DNA from: Octopus sinensis
Lineage: Eukaryota
Reading direction: 5' to 3'
Assembly (NCBI RefSeq): GCF_006345805.1
Contig: NW_021832759.1
Location: forward strand, 1-51,525
DNA length: 51,525 nucleotides
The notes beneath the pieces were generated by a model. It saw only the letters and a program-made list of their open reading frames with translations. It did not search any database and was not told where the DNA came from. A program made the position numbers and the translations under genes. Shown here in pieces: positions 37,445 to 51,305 of this stretch. The first letter of the stretch is position 1, and the number at the start of each line of letters is the position of its first letter.

Positions 37445-38350
37445 AACAAACCACCACTACTACCATTAACGCCACCACCATACCACCGCCACAACACCAC
37501 TACCATCACATCAATGAACAACAACACCAACATAATTGTACTATCGCTACCACAACCACCATCACCACCACCACAACCACAAGCACCGTCACAACCACCA
37601 CCATCACCACTAAAACCACCACCACAACTACATCTGCCAGCACCATCACCACCACTTTCACCACCACTCTCACTACCACCCTCACCATTACCACCACTCT
37701 CACCAGTGCCCCCTCACCCCTCACCCCCACCACCCTCACCACCACCAACGCCGCCGCCGCCACCACCGCCACCACGATTTGCGAAAGCCTGTCTTTTGTA
37801 ACAGACCTTCCTAACAGGTTACCATTCTTTCTTTTTCTACAAGTTGCAACTCACAAAATAATGTCCAGCCTCTGTCTTCGCTGTCCGCCATGTGCGTTCA
37901 CTCATGGCTCGATTGTTTTTTAGGAAATAGAATTATTAAAAAACAAAATCAACGCCATCGTCTCCACCATCACAATCACCGTCACCATTACCATCATCAT
38001 CAGCAGTACGGCCACCATCATCACCGTCACCAACACAGTCTTACTTCCATCGCTACCGCTTCTACCAAAGCCACCACCACCACCACCACCACCACCAATA
38101 CCACCACGACCACTACCATCACCAACACCAATACCATCACCACCATCATCACCACTACCGTCACCACCTTCACCATCGCAGTATCCACTTCCATCGCTAC
38201 CACTACTACCACTACTACTACCACCACCACTACCACCACCTCCATCTACGCCGCCGCCACCACTGCCAAAACCATCACCAACACCACCAACTACACCCCA
38301 CCCAACGCCCACTACTTCCACCCCATCGCTACCCTGCCACTGCCACAACT
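37445..38350. repeat. (CCA)n-type degenerate microsatellite blocks
   Basis: Directly visible at 37445-37775 and 37955-38350. Confidence 0.9.
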
Positions 38351-38984
38351 GATAAATTAGACACCAGTCAAATACCGCAATCGATTTGATCGATTAACCC
38401 CTACCCAACCTCAAATTCTTGTCCTGTCTGTGTTAGAGACAATTATTGAAATGCCACATATAAATACCATATCTTTGAAATGCCAGTAAACGGTTTCAAA
38501 TCATATGGAAAGCTAGAGAACGCTTTTATCTATTTATCTATTTATTTATTCATTCATTATTCCCCCCCCCATTCATCTTCTCTGCCCATTGTTCCTGGAA
38601 GTGGATTCCTCGGGTAACTCTCGCTCGGTCGAAAGATTCTCAAAGCTACCAGCTTCCATATTAAACAGACAGAACAATATGTCCACCAAACGAAATTATT
38701 CTTGGTTCTGCATAAAATTATTTTTCTTTACATTTTTCGATTCATGTAAGCCTGGAAAGATTATTGTCTTTGCCGCTTCGTGTGAGGCAGAAACAGATAT
38801 TTTGAATAGGATAATTTTGGCAAAGGGTTGTTTCAGTCAAGAAAAATACGGATATCAGTGGAATCATCCGGAATTGTTCACTAATGGCAAGATACCTCAT
38901 TCTGCTCTTACTATAAATATAGAAACTTACCGGCGTTGTCGTCGACTTTGTCTCTTAGCCGAGAATTTACCCCTTCTCTGCTGA

Positions 38985-39165
38985 AATAATGGCGATTCCG
39001 TTGATGTCTCAGTAGACCAATTCTTGCATAGAGGAGTCTAAGGCACTGACTGCATGGTAATGTTTGTGGAGGACGAGTTTCATTTTGGCGAACCTTTCCC
39101 TCCAGTCGTTTGATTTCTTCCTTTTCTCTTCTGGTGGCTTCGAAGATTTTGGTTCCATTACCACC
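38985..39165 (-). pseudogene. C-terminal fragment of an RTE-type LINE ORF with C2H2-like finger
   Basis: GTKIFEATRREKEEIKRLEGKVRQNETRPPQTLPCSQCLRLLYARIGLLRHQRNRH matches the FE..R...KR..RK...CxxCxR...RIGLxxHxR pattern I recall from RTE C-termini. Confidence 0.7.
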
Positions 39166-39432
39166 TAGTACGGCCTCATATATATGAGTAGAATAAAAGT
39201 CTATTTCATTTAGTTTGGTAGTCATACCGGACGCCGCAATGGTTTCATGAGAACATGCCATTATCACGGTCCCCCATGTAATTATCAACTGGTGGATATG
39301 TAACACACTCACCGGTAAAATTTCCACTTATTTCTTATTTTATTTTTATTTTCATTTTCCTAAAATAAGAAATAAGCGGAAAGTTTACATTATAAGGCAC
39401 AAAAAGAAAATGACTCTCTCCAGACAGAACAG

Positions 39433-39474
<42 letters not shown>

Positions 39475-39714
39475 GCATACATACATATATGTGTATGTAT
39501 GTAGGTATGTAAATATTTATATAGACATGTGTAGATACATATATGTATATGCATATACACAGATGCGTGCTCCAGTGTCTTCGCAGTACAATGATTGAAG
39601 TTAGAGGAAATTAACTACATTAATTAATTAATTTCCCATATTCCCCATATACACCCCGTCGATAACAATACCTTTGAACATATAATAGTTCAATTTTCTG
39701 AAAAGTTCTGATCG

Positions 39715-39837
39715 AGCGTGGTTCGGCTGACCACAGTTATGTTCCGTTTCAATAAGCCACTTTCTGGTTGGCTACAGTCCCGGTCCGTTTCGATAGCTCA
39801 CTCTCTGTTTGGCTTCATTACTGCCCCTTTCAATTCA

Positions 39838-39874
<37 letters not shown>

Positions 39875-40196
39875 TTGGTCACAGTCATAACTCGTTTAAA
39901 TAAACCTATCTCTATGTGGCAAAATCGCAGCTTTTTCTACTGACTATAGTCACAATCCGTTTCAATAACACGGTCTCTGTTTGGTTGCAAGTCGCTGTCC
40001 TTTTCAATAGCTCAACCTAGGCGCAGGAGTGGCTGTGTGGTAAGTAGCTCGTTTACCAACCACATGGATCCGGGTTCAGTCCCACTGCGTGGCACCTTGG
40101 GCAAGTTTCTTCTACTATAGCCTCGGGCCGACCAAAGCCTTGCGAGTGGATTTGGTAGACGGAAACTGAAAGAAGCCCGTCGTATATATGTATGTA

Positions 40197-40234
<38 letters not shown>

Positions 40235-40243
40235 TATATATAT

Positions 40244-40276
<33 letters not shown>

Positions 40277-40282
40277 ATATGG

Positions 40283-40325
<43 letters not shown>

Positions 40326-40680
40326 ATCTATCTATCTATCTCTCTATCTCTCTCTCTCTCTCTCTCTATCTCTATATATATATATATATATGCGTGGGTG
40401 TGTTTGTGTTTGTCCCCCTAGCATTGCTTGACAACCGATGCTGGTGTGTTTATGTCCCCGTAACTTAGCGGTTCGGCAAAAGAGAACGATAGAATAAGTA
40501 CTGGGCTTACAAAAGAATAAGTCAAGTTGCTCGATTAAAGGCGGCGCTCCAGCATGGCCGCAGTCAAATGACTGAAACAAGTAAAAGAGTAAAAGAGTAA
40601 CCTCTGTTTGGTTCCAATCACAGCCCGTTTCAATAATTCACTCTCTGTTTGGCTACAGCCACACACCGTTCCGAAACTCT
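39715..40680. repeat. Degenerate ~41-bp minisatellite interrupted by a SINE
   Basis: Unit is approximately ccgtttcaatagctcactctctgtttggctacagtcacagt (e.g. 39744, 39785). It resumes at 40599 after the SINE. Confidence 0.75.
40019..40598 (+). mobile_element. Full-length SINE group A with expanded central microsatellite, 5-bp TSD aacct
   Basis: TSD at 40014-40018 and 40599-40603. Tail gtaaaagagtaaaagagt. Confidence 0.95.
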
Positions 40681-41140
40681 CCCAATCTATTCAGTTATAG
40701 TGAAAGAGGCAGCCTCTGACTTGAAATACGATCCATTGTAGCATCCGACTTTAAATGGCTGTTTCCGCTGCTAAAACGTTTGCCAGGAATACTGGAAACG
40801 CTGTTTCTTTTTCTAATAGACCAACAACAACCCATCGATAGAAAAACAATATAAAGCAGCGAAAACAAGAATACCAGGCGAGCACAGACAAGCATCGGAT
40901 GAATAGCTGAAGAGAATATATTCTGTGTTCGTTATAATTAACGTTAATTGATTGCTAATGAAGACACATCAAACGAATTGTGCCGCCAACTACGAAGAAT
41001 ATTTACTCTACATTTAAAGTTAATTTAATCATATTTATATACCCCTCTACCGCCCCACCTCTCACCCCCTCCCTTCTCTCCCTTTCACTTACTCACTCGC
41101 TCTCTCTTTCTACCTTACTCTATGTGTGTATGTGTATATT

Positions 41141-41193
<53 letters not shown>

Positions 41194-42019
41194 ATACATA
41201 TATATATAAATGCATACGTACATGTGCATATATATGTATATATGTATATATGTATACACACACAAACACACGCATAAACATATATTATATATATATACAT
41301 ATATGCATACATACGCACACGCACACACACACAAACACACACACATATATATATATATATATCTACACACACACATATATATATACGTATTTGTTTCTTG
41401 TACTGCCTCAGTATGACACTCTTTCTCTATCTCCTCATCTTTCTCATTCCCTTTCTCCCTCTCTTTATCTGTATCTATCTATATCTCTTCCTTCCTTTCT
41501 AATTATCCTCTCTACCCCCCTTCCTCTTTCTGCCTTTCTCTTTCTCTCTTGCGCTCACTCTTAATTCCTATTTCAATTTCGCTCTTGAAACACAGCTAAT
41601 ATTCAGTTCTCTAACTGTACAGACAGGTCACTCGGAGGAAGGTCACATCTCCACTAGTTAATCGTATTAGCATTTTAGAAATTTCATTAAAACTTCCCGA
41701 GAAATGTGTATTCAGCTCTGTTGAATTAAAACAAATAGGGTCAAGGGACAAAGTTGAAGGGTCAAAGATGAAAAGTTGATTAACTAATATCCCGAATTTC
41801 ACAACTTTCATAATAGATACATCCCCTACACCCAAGTGGTTTTGTGTCGACTGTTAACATCTTCAGCTCTCAACTTCTGCACATTCCTGCACAAAATTAA
41901 AATAACTGGAGATTAAGTTTCATTTCGACGAAGTTTAATTGACATTTAAGGGATCTGATGGAAGGAATTAAGGTATATTGTTGCCAAGAACAGAGTACAA
42001 GGAAAAAACAGAAATCTCA

Positions 42020-42148
42020 AAATCACATAGTCCCGGGTTCGGTCCCACTGCGTAGCACCCTGGGGTAAGTGTCTTCCACTAAAGCAATTAACCGCCCAAA
42101 GCCTTGTGAGTAAATTTGGTAGACGGAAATTAAAAAAAAAGTCCGTCA
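42020..42148 (+). mobile_element. SINE group A 5' fragment
   Basis: ccgggttcggtcccactgcgtagcacc..aagtgtcttc..caaagccttgtgagt..ggtagacggaaa. Confidence 0.8.
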
Positions 42149-42290
42149 TATATATATATATATATATATATAATATAAGTATAATTTAGGGTATCTAAGA
42201 GATACCTCCACGCAATAATTATTACCTTTGAAGGTTTTTATTCCCATGCTGGCCCATTGATAAGATCGATAATTAAACTAACGATCTTAT

Positions 42291-42357
<67 letters not shown>

Positions 42358-42440
42358 CATGTATGCATGTATGTATGTATGTATGTATGTATGTATGTAT
42401 GTATACACATGCATATATACATATATACATGCACACTAAT

Positions 42441-42845
42441 CTGTCTGAGGAATATGTCGTTCTCGACGTTAATGAGATTAATTTGGATTATCTTTTATCT
42501 GCTATCTTTCGTTTGATTTAGTAATTGACCTGCCGCCACGCTGGAGCGTTGTTTCGACGGCTTAATCGAACAAATGGACCTTCGTACTATTTTTCAAAGC
42601 CAGGTATTTATTATATCGCTTTTTTTTGCGGACGGTGGAGGGGACAAACACAAACGCAAAGACACAAACACGTAAACACACACACACGTAAGCATACACA
42701 TACGTACACACAACGCACTCAGGCGTACATATATATACCCACACACACGCACATATATATACCTGACAAATTTATTTCATCTTCTGTCTACCAAATACAC
42801 TCCGAAGATTTTGAATTGCCCGGGGCCATGGTAGAAGACACTTGC
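42441..42845. repeat. ~400-bp direct duplication, copy 1 (decayed minus-strand SINE A plus flank); copy 2 at 45643-46056
   Basis: Shared ctgtctgaggaata..gtcgttct..agattaatttggattatcttttatctgctatc..aatcgaacaaatggaccttcgtactatttttcaaagccaggtattt..caacgcactcaggcg..ccaaatacactccgaa..ggtagaagacacttgc. Confidence 0.9.
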
Positions 42846-42851
42846 GGTTAA

Positions 42852-43065
42852 AGATGTGAACTGGTAGAATCGTTACTGCGCCGGACAAAATGCTTGGCGG
42901 TATTTCATCCGGCCCTTTACATTATGTGTAATTTCGTGCGGTCGACGTTGCGTTTCATCTCTTCTCATCGATAAAATACGTACCTGTCATGCACTGGGGT
43001 CGATGTATTCGACTTGTCCCTGCAACCCCAACTTTGCTGACCTTGTACTTACAGTAGATAGGATT
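42852..43065 (+). mobile_element. SINE group B, strongly diverged
   Basis: ctggtagaatcgtta..cgccggacaaaatgctt.gcggtatttc..ggtcgacgttgcgtttcatc..tcgataaaata.gtacc..gcactggggtcgatgta.tcgact. Confidence 0.75.
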
Positions 43066-43352
43066 AGTATTCTTATGAATTTTATTTTTTTCTCGAATAT
43101 TCTTTTAATAATGATTGTTATTACATTTAGAATCGAGTGAACACCCGAGACACCGTCTTATGTACGATACTGAAACTCTAGGCCAGATCTTCTTTAACAA
43201 TTTTCTTTAGTATACTAGTTACTCTTAATTGAGTCGTTTTTATTTTCGGTCCAAGAAGCGGCTTCATTCTTTAAATTTCTAAGTCTTTTCGTTTACCGCA
43301 ACTAAAAGAACCTCACCTGAAGACCCGATCACTCTTAGTTCGAATTTATATC

Positions 43353-43577
43353 TGTTTCTTTATTACCCACAAGGGGCTAAACATAGAGAGGACAAACAAA
43401 CGGATTGAGTCGATTACATCGACCCCAGTGCGTAACTGGTACTTAATTTATCGACCCCGAAAGGATGAAGGGCAAAGTCGACCTCGGCGGAATTTGAACT
43501 CAGAACGTAACGACAGACGAAATACGGCTACGCATTTCGCCCGGCGTGCTAACGGTTCTGCCAGCTCGCCGCCTTAC
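43353..43577 (-). mobile_element. Full-length SINE group B monomer with 13-bp TSD tcgaatttatatc
   Basis: TSD at 43340-43352 and 43578-43590. This copy defines the monomer ends. Confidence 0.95.
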
Positions 43578-44310
43578 TCGAATTTATATCGACAAGATAA
43601 CATGTACACCTATGTAAGAACGTGTGTGTGAGTCTCTGTCTATGCGTGTATGCGCACGTGCATGTATATGCATGTGTGTGCGTATGTGCACGTATGTATG
43701 AGTATGTGTGTGTGTGCGTAGAAAACGAAATGACGAAGGAGTATTTGACATTTCTTCATTTTCCTATTATTCCCATTTGATCCCATTCCTAGTTCACCTT
43801 TATTATTCCAATATCGATTATTTCCCATTTTCTTGATTTTCTTTACCTTTTTTCCTTTCACTTTAACAATATGCAAACTCTCTCTATCTCTTCTACAATC
43901 ATATCGGAAGGTGAATTCCGAAAGGACGTTCATATTATATTCGATTACACTTGGCAATTGTTGTTCATACCATTTCTATGCTATTTATATTTTATACATT
44001 TCTTTTTACTCAGTTCCCAATCGAGGATGACACTGGATATTAACTTAACGTGTCTTCCAAGATATTCCTTCAGCACAAGTTTTCTACACATACTTATCAA
44101 AAAAATATTTTAAAAATTCCAGCAGTGAAACCGCAGGTATACATCTAATTTTTTCTAATCAAAATCTACAGCTATAAAAACAGGTAGTTCGACCCATACT
44201 TGAAGACGATACGGAAGACCAAAAATTCTACGTGAAATGCAGCAAGATTTAGAAAGATAATGGTGATGTTTGAACGCTTACCCTACATGCTTACACTATA
44301 TACTATGCTG

Positions 44311-44693
44311 GTGGAGGCGCAATGGCCCAGTGGTTAGGCAGCGGACTCGCGGTCAGAGGATCGCGGTTTCGATTCCCAGACTGGGCATTGTGAGTGTTTA
44401 TTGAGCGAAAACACCTAAAAGCTCCACGAGGCTCCGGCAGGGGATGGTGGTGAACCCTGCTGTACTCTTTCACCACAACTTTCTCTCGCTCTTACTTCCT
44501 GTTTCTGTTGTACCTGTATTTCAAAGGGCCAGCCTTGTCACAATCTGTTTCACGCTGAATCTCTTCAAGAACTACGTTAAGGGTACACGTGTCAGTGGAG
44601 TGCTCAGCCACTTGCACGTTAATATCACGAGCAGGCTGTTCCGTTGATCGTATCAGCTGGGACCCTCATCGTCGCAACCGACGGAGTGCTCCT
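44311..44693 (+). mobile_element. Full-length SINE group C, tail type 1, with 16-bp TSD actatatactatgctg
   Basis: TSD at 44295-44310 and 44694-44709. A-box TGGCCCAGTGG, B-box GGTTTCGATTCCC. Confidence 0.95.
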
Positions 44694-44971
44694 ACTATAT
44701 ACTATGCTGAATTGTATTTCAGAAAATACGGTAAAATAAGTTTTCAGTGTCTCGAATTCTTGTGTGCTTGTCTGAATTAACAGAGCATGATTTGATGGAA
44801 ATATTTTGAAAGTTTTCTACACTCTTATCAAAGTATTTTGGGCTGCAACGTTTTTGCGAAACAACCTTCTTTAACTAAGAAAAAGAGAACGAACTTTTCT
44901 TGAATAGGTCTATGGCCAAGTTATTCCAACCACGTTCGAATATATTTCGGGATATGTATGTACTTGACGTT

Positions 44972-45266
44972 GAGGCACATGGCCTAGTGGTTAGAGCAGC
45001 GGACGCGCGGTCGAGGGATCGTGGGTTCGAATCTCATACCGGGCGATGTGTGTGTTTATGAGCGAAACACCTAAAGCTCAACGCGGCTCCGGCAGAAGGT
45101 AATGGCGAACTCCTGCTGACTCTTTTGCCACAACTTTCACTCTTTCCTCCTGCATGTAGCAGCTCACCTGCGACGGACCGACGTCCCGTCCAGGTGGGGA
45201 ATCTATACGCCAAGGAAACCGGGAAACCAGCAATATGAGCCAGGCGTGGCTCGAGAAGGAACAAAT
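44972..45266 (+). mobile_element. SINE related to group C with tail type 3
   Basis: Head gaggcacatggcctagtggttagagcagcggac..gggttcgaatc..gagcgaaacacctaaagctc. Tail cctgcgacggaccgacgtcccgtccagg..ggaaaccggg..atgagcc..ggctcg. Possible decayed TSD atgtactt(g/c)ac. Confidence 0.85.
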
Positions 45267-45642
45267 AATGTACTTCACATATCTAAGATTTGAGGAGTAT
45301 TTAGCTTTTAAATTCTACACAGACATATCAAATATCTTTTGTGAGATGGAATCATATAACGTGATTTTTCCTTATTCAATGGGTATGATTTGACGAAGAT
45401 TTGATGCAATATTTTGCAAGCTAAACAACTATCAAGGGGCACATCTGTTTACTCATGCTACACGTTATCCAATAATGGAAGTGGACTGACTCCTCTCATA
45501 TATAACACATATTCCTTTAATACTTGAATATCTTATAGCTTTCTACTTTTATACATCTTGTAGGCAGGAGCGCAACCTTCAATAAACCTTTGACGGTTTT
45601 ATCAACCACAGCACTTAGTCTGATAGATATTCTTCGAGAAGC

Positions 45643-46140
45643 CTGTCTGAGGAATAAGTCGTTCTTGTCGTGAATTAGATTAATTTGGATTATCTTTTAT
45701 CTGCTATCCTTCGTTTGATTTCGTAATTGACCTACCGCTACACTGGAGAGTTCTTTGGACGGCTTAATCGAACAAATGGACCTTCGTACTATTTTTCAAA
45801 GCCAGGTATTTATTATATCGTTTTTTTTTTGCTGAGCCGCTAATTTACGGACGGGTGAGGGGATAAACACAAATGCAAAGACACAAACACGCAAACACAC
45901 ACACACACACACGTACGTACACACAACGCACTCAGGCGCGCATACATACACACACACTCGCGCACACATATTCATGACAGACTTTTTTTATCTTCCGTCT
46001 ACCAAATACACTCCGAAAATTTTGAATTGCCCGAGGCTATGGTAGAAGACACTTGCCGGAGATGCAGTGCTGTGGGATTGAAACTGAAATAACCTGGATT
46101 CAAAACAAGCTTCAAAAAGAAACAGTCACATCTGCGCCTA
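45643..46140 (-). repeat. Duplication copy 2 (45643-46056), continuing into the SINE A head
   Basis: See 42441-42845. Confidence 0.88.
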
Positions 46141-46315
46141 CACAGCCACGCCTGCGCCTTCACAGCAACGTTTGCACCGACAAAGCCACGCCTGCGCCTA
46201 CACAGCCACGCCAGCGCCTTCACAGCAACGTCTACACCGACAAAGCCACGCCTGCGCCTACACAGCCACGCTTGCGCTTCATAGCCGTATCAACTCTTAC
46301 ACAGCTACACCTGTG
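46121..46315. repeat. 20-bp minisatellite with 60-bp higher-order repeat
   Basis: Units of cacagccacgcctgcgccta. 46141-46200 and 46201-46260 are near-identical trimers. Confidence 0.9.
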
Positions 46316-46382
46316 AAAATAAATAAAAAGGAAGCTTTAATTGACAGCTGAATTTTTTTTGAATACTCCGAAGATGTATCTG

Positions 46383-46634
46383 GACACTGGTTTATCAATA
46401 TATTTATGGTTTTTGAAAAATATTAATGTTTAGAAGAATAAAATTGTCTGGAATATATTACAACGTGTCAAAATACGCAAAGAAAGTAAGGATAGGTGCG
46501 ACCTTTGCCTCTTAGAGAAAATCTATATACTGCTTTATAAAAGTACCATCTTGAATAAATGTTCAAAATTGATGTCTTTTTCTTGTCATAAAGCAAGCTA
46601 TTTGTTGAAATATTTTCAATTATCTAACAGCTGA
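46383..46634 (+). pseudogene. C-terminal GIY-YIG fragment of a second PLE lineage (Naiad/Chlamys-like)
   Basis: Manual translation DTGLSIYLWFLKNINV*KNKIVWNILQRV...KDRCDLCLLEKIYILLYKSTILNKCSKLMSFSCHKASYLL resembles the T.LS.YIW.LK...I.W.IL...RC.LCL.EK..I...LNKRSEL...C.H...LL pattern. Confidence 0.7.
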
Positions 46635-46849
46635 AAGCCGTACACTCGCATAATATATTAAGCCACTTTCTAAAAATAAATCAAATGATTTCTTTAGAGA
46701 ATATGAATAAAAAATCGTTCTTTTTTGTCAACATGTGTCAAAGTATAAGTGGGGAAACGACAGCTCGACCGGGTTTGTATATACAATTACGTCTCGCTTA
46801 CATCAAATAGTTTTAAGGTCTTTAGATGATTGTTCAGTATTTTTTGTAC

Positions 46850-47640
<791 letters not shown>

Positions 47641-47734
47641 TTATTTTTTACTTGTAACAAATTTCCTTTTTATGGTGAAGTCTATAATTTGATCAGAAGT
47701 CAAATCACGCTGGGCTGACCTCTAAAACACCACC

Positions 47735-47768
<34 letters not shown>

Positions 47769-48689
47769 GCAAAAACAACAGCAACAGCAGCAGCAGCAGC
47801 GGCGACAACAACAGCAGCAACAGTAACCACTTAGTGGCTCCTTGATTGGTTCAATATATTTTCGATTACTGAGCTGCTGGGCTTCCATATTTGTTTTTTT
47901 TGCGACGTTCTCTATATTCAGTGTTTCATTCACTATTTTTCCTTCTCTTCTGCTCCTATGTTCTCCTTCCATGGCTGTTATTCAATTATCTTCCCTTATT
48001 ACACGAAGTTGGTCAGCTATTTTATATTTCTGCGGCATTTGAAAATCCTTTCAAAAGCCTTATTTTCTTTTCTACTTTTTTTATTTTGTTACCGTATTCT
48101 TTATCTAAAATGCCATTTTCATCCATAAGTTTAGCATTTCAGAAAATACCCTTTTCTATTGGGAAAACTTCGAACCTCTCTTTGTGTTTATTTTGTAATA
48201 GTTTTATATATATATATATTTTTTTTACTGAAATGCCATTTTCATTGTCCATAGGATTTCGCATTTCAAAAAATACCATCTCTTAGTGCACCAATGGCAG
48301 TTTTGTTCCCACGTTGTCGTGGTTTTTTTACTATTTTCTATTTTCAGACCTGGAACACGTCTTCTGCCAGCAGTCTCTGCAATGTTTTTATCGATCTACG
48401 AGCTTATAGTTTGCTTTGTCCCAAAATAATTTTTCAATTTTGTCAGTAGCCGCGTGTGTACCTGTGTGTGCAAGTATGTGTGTGTTTGTGTGTGTGCGTG
48501 TGTGTGCGCGCGTGTATGTGTTTGAGCGTGTATTTTAGGCTGTATGGTTCCCTTAGGAGATCCTCTTAGAAAAAATAGCAATATGAAACTCCATACCAAG
48601 GTCGCAGCAGGTTCCATGAAATTTTACATCAGGTGAGTATGATATAAATAGCAACTGAAATAGTATGGTAATATTTGTTTTAATAATAT

Positions 48690-48759
<70 letters not shown>

Positions 48760-48938
48760 CACAACTTATAATAGGGCAAACGAAAAAAATTTCTAATGGC
48801 GAAAATTTTCTGCATGTTTGGCATTAGAAATTTTTTTCGTTTGCCCTTATTATAATTGTTTTTAATTTAACCTTTAAAGGTATTTTTTTAATATGCTGGC
48901 CATTGATAACATTTCTTTTTCGAAAAAATTTTATCCTA

Positions 48939-48974
<36 letters not shown>

Positions 48975-49144
48975 CACATGTATGTATATATATACATGCA
49001 TGTATATTTATATGTATACATATACATGCATGCGTGTATATGTACATATATGCATGTATCTATATATATATATATATATATATATACTTCTATATATATG
49101 CATGTTTTTATTTTATACATATATATTACGTGTATATATACATG

Positions 49145-49186
<42 letters not shown>

Positions 49187-50548
49187 GCATGCATGTATAT
49201 AGATAAATATATCCATGTATATACATATACACGCTTGTATGTGTGTGTGTATATATATATGTACATATATATACATACATACATATATACATACATACAT
49301 ACATACATACATACATACATACATACATACATACATAAATGATTGGGTCGAAAAATGAAAGGAAAATTCACCCAACACATTTAATAGAAGTTACATGGAT
49401 TATTATTGTTTAAAACAGTTTGATTCGGCTAATTAAAGTTCCACGAGCTTCTAAGTGAAACCTGTTTCCTTCAGGGGTAAATTACCGAATGAAGATGAGC
49501 CGGAAGTTCAAGATGGTCACTGGAAAATGGACTGCTGTTAGTCAAAGCGGATCGTCGATCAATTACAGCGTTTCCGTCAGAAAGAGTAATTTATTGATCC
49601 GTGGCTGGACAGGAAGTTGATGGTGTCTAACTATCTTGGAACCAGTAGAAGCAGAGGCAACTTTCAGGTCTAAATTTGTGTATGACATATACGAATTCCT
49701 GTGGGGCATCCACGCATGTGCACAACTGGTATACACATATACAGACACAAACACTTCTTTGATTCTATGCTTGTGAATATGAGCGATGTACCTGAAATAT
49801 AAAGGTTTTCGAAGACTTTCTGCATTGTAAGAAGCTTTCTTTATTTCTCGTTTCATAAAAGAATTTAGTTGAAGTCATTTACCTGTGACCCACCTTGTTT
49901 GTCTTTTTAGATGTGCATAAGAGATATAGAAAGAAAGAAACGGTTTAAATAACATGGTAATATTTAACAAGGAGGATTAAAATGAATTAACAGAAAAATA
50001 AGTTAAATAGAAAGCTACTGGAATATAGAAAGGAAACAAAATCATTGAAATAAATTTTAAACATTTATTAAAAATATCGATGTAAATAAATAGCAAAATA
50101 GCTTTCTGAGAAAGCATGGAAAAAAGAAAAAAAAAAGAAAGAGACGAAATAAATTTAAAACATCGAATGTTATAAAATAATGACATGTGAGGATAATTAA
50201 ATTTTTTCAGTAAAAATTATGATTGCTGTAATACAAAGATAAAATTATAATTGCAATAAAATCGAAATATAAGGTAAGATAGCGTGAGTCGTAAGCGGAA
50301 GTGATAAAAATGTGATTTGAGGTTTGAAGGTAGAAACATAAAAAAATAAGGGGAAAGTAGAAGAGATGATGAGGTCAGTAAATGAGTTTTGAAGAAAGCG
50401 ACGTTGAGTGTTTTAGGCGTTAAAGAAAGTGTCGAAACTGAACAGGAAAAGTAACATTTTACATTGAAATATATTCTTAATGTTCTTAATAGTGGTTCTT
50501 AGTCTGACCGAAAGAGTTCCGTAAAATTGAGTTCAAACTCATACTGTC

Positions 50549-50590
<42 letters not shown>

Positions 50591-50914
50591 TCTATATATG
50601 TATAAAATATAGATATTTTATACACTATTATACATGAATATATATATATTTATGTATATATATGTATATATAGATAGGTATTTATATTAGATATGCATGT
50701 GTATATATATGTGTGTGTGTTTATATATATACATCCATATATATGCATGTGTATATATATATGTGTGTGTGTTTATATATATACATCCATATATATATAT
50801 GAATATATATTTATATATATATATGAATATATATGTATGTGTTTATATAATATATATACATACATACACACATGCACACATATGTATGTATACATACATG
50901 TATATATATATATA

Positions 50915-51079
50915 GCCAGAAGCTATAGTAAAAGAAACTTGCCCAAGGTGCCACGCGGTGGCACTGAACACGGTACCATGTGGTTGGTAAGCAAGATACT
51001 TACCACACAGCCACTGCTGCGACTATTTGTTGAACCTTGTTTAATAATTTGTCATATATGTATATATATATATGTGCGT

Positions 51080-51114
<35 letters not shown>

Positions 51115-51305
51115 CACCACACAACTGCTTGACAACCGGTGTTGATGTGTCTGCGTCTCCGTACCTTAGCTTTTTGGTTTAAAGGGACCGGTAGAATAAA
51201 CATCAGGCTTTGAAAATAGTTACTGGGGTCGATTCTGTTGACTAAAAATTCTTCAAGGCGGGTCCCAGCATGGCCGTAGTGTAATGACCGAAACAAGTAA
51301 AAGAC
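50915..51305. mobile_element. SINE group A pieces: minus-strand head (50915-51020) and plus-strand 3' half (51115-51305)
   Basis: acttgcccaaggtgccacgc..cttaccacacagccact; gcttgacaaccggtgtt..tactggggtcgat..ccagcatggccg..gaaacaagtaaaag. Confidence 0.8.

Noticed and set aside
39715-40680. CRISPR-like look of the gtttcaat-containing ~41-bp repeats
   Set aside because: Units are contiguous and degenerate with no unique spacers, there are no cas genes, and the context is eukaryotic.
41611-41950. Unique-looking block with a 74-aa minus-strand ORF
   Set aside because: No recognisable motif or convincing splice-site pair.
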